A DNA stretch of 64,000 nucleotides from Lama glama (taxonomy: Eukaryota): contig CM052816.1 in the NCBI GenBank assembly GCA_028534125.1, positions 20,276,001 to 20,340,000 on the forward strand. The letters run 5' to 3'. The notes under the pieces are model-generated. The model searched no databases and was not told the DNA's origin. It saw only the letters and a list, made by a program, of their open reading frames with translations. Each line of letters opens with the position of its first letter. The first letter of the stretch is position 1. Both the position numbers and the translations under genes were made by a program. Of the stretch, positions 62,756 to 64,000 are shown one piece after another.

Positions 62756-63186
62756 TTATGGTTGTCTTGTCAGCATCTACCCACACTCTTCCTGGTCTAG
62801 CAGCCTCATGATTTGAGTGGCCCTAATTGGTCCAAGTCGATCAGAGAAATCCCACTCCCACCTTGCTGGAGGGATAGATGGAGAGACAGTCCAATCAGAA
62901 CAAAGCTTAGGGCTTTAGTTCAGTGGTCTGAGAAATGGCACTCTTCCCCACACTGGATGTGAACAGTGAAGCACTGAGTCCTGGTTGCTGTTGGCAGCTA
63001 TTTTGTGACCATGAGGGAAGCCAATCTAAAGACAAAATTAACACCTGAAGGGCCCCTGAGCAGACAGGATCACACAGAAATGGGGCTGGACTTTCTGGAA
63101 CCATGAGTCCATTAATCTCCATTATTGTTCAAGTCATTTTGCGTTGGCTTTTCTGATTTTTGCATCAAGTGCTTTCTAACTGACGT
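62756..63186 (+). mobile_element. MaLR LTR (MLT1K-like)
   Basis: ccaatcaga..ctggatgtgaac..tggcagctattttgtgaccatgagggaagcca..ggcttttctg..ctaactga. Confidence 0.75.
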
Positions 63187-64000
63187 GTAGAACCTGTGGT
63201 TTCTCAGGACCCTTTCAGTCCTAGAAGTCAGTGGCTTAACTATTTTTTATGTCCTGGGATTACAGCCCAAAGCAGGTGGAAATGAACACTTGGGGCTCAT
63301 GTTCTTCTTAGACACCCAAGAATTGTTTCAGAGGTTGGAATGCTGGAAGCTGATTTGTGCTGGCACCTCTTGGACCAGGTCATCTCAGGTCATCTCCTTT
63401 TGCAAGCATGGAGAGGCTCTCTTTGCATTGTTGGAGCACCTAAGTCTAGAGGCTGGTCTAGCTTGCAGTTGGTTTGTCGGGCATTGGAGATGGTCTAGAA
63501 CCCAACTTAAAAGTTGAGGTTTGTTATTCACATGATCTGTGGATTGGAAACTACTAGTAAGTTGAGAAAATAATCACTTCTAAGTTGTGTTCTTACCTCC
63601 AAGAGTCAATTATCTGTAAGTGTTAGAGCTCACTTTGGTACTTGAAATTGTACGCTTCCTAAGCCCATATGTCAGGGGAAGCCAAACAAACAAGCTTCCA
63701 TTTTACAAATCCTCAGATACTTCCACAAAGGCTCCCTTAACTGTCTCTGACGGTAAGAAAATTAATAGATGCAGCTGACAATGTGTAAAATGATCATGTG
63801 TGTTGAGGTCTCGGAGGATAACATAATGTCTTCACTAGAAATGATTGGTATAATGTGGGATAGTCACGCAGGAGTTGGATAGCTGGAAAGCCTGCCATGG
63901 GTTAAGCACCATCATTATAGGCTCTTTCAATCAGGAAATAGCTGTCAAGTACCTGCAGCCTGCCTACCATCGGGCTGGTACCCAGAATCCATGTGTGCTG

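Noticed and set aside
1..64000. A novel multi-gene, defence or CRISPR-like system, as hinted in the prompt
   Set aside because: The sequence is repeat-rich mammalian DNA with no operon, no repeat-spacer array and no long ORF; nothing supports such a claim.

Overview
Mammalian non-coding genomic DNA, most likely from a camelid (camel/alpaca/llama). The basis is a short tRNA-Ala-derived SINE with the Vic-1 pattern at 9861-9966. I found no host protein-coding exon I can support, no RNA gene, no CpG island, and no prokaryotic feature such as a CRISPR array or operon. The ORF track is essentially noise; the only recognisable protein remnants are an L1 ORF2 C-terminus (25317-25556, -) and a stop-riddled ERVL pol (51975-53104, -). 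The window is a mosaic of old eutherian repeats (MIR, L2, L1M, MaLR/ERVL LTRs, hAT MITEs), three younger retrotransposon insertions with target-site duplications (TSDs), and many repeat-free blocks dense in homeodomain/TALE/FOX motifs. These blocks look like enhancers of a developmental-gene intron or gene desert. Repeat family names come from my recall of consensus sequences, so subfamily labels and boundaries are approximate. I did not find a convincing new biological system. The best leads are the candidate enhancers, a promoter-like CCAAT/GC/3xETS cluster at about 33.2-33.9 kb, a MER53 hairpin with an inverted-duplicated centre, and an internally deleted ERVL.
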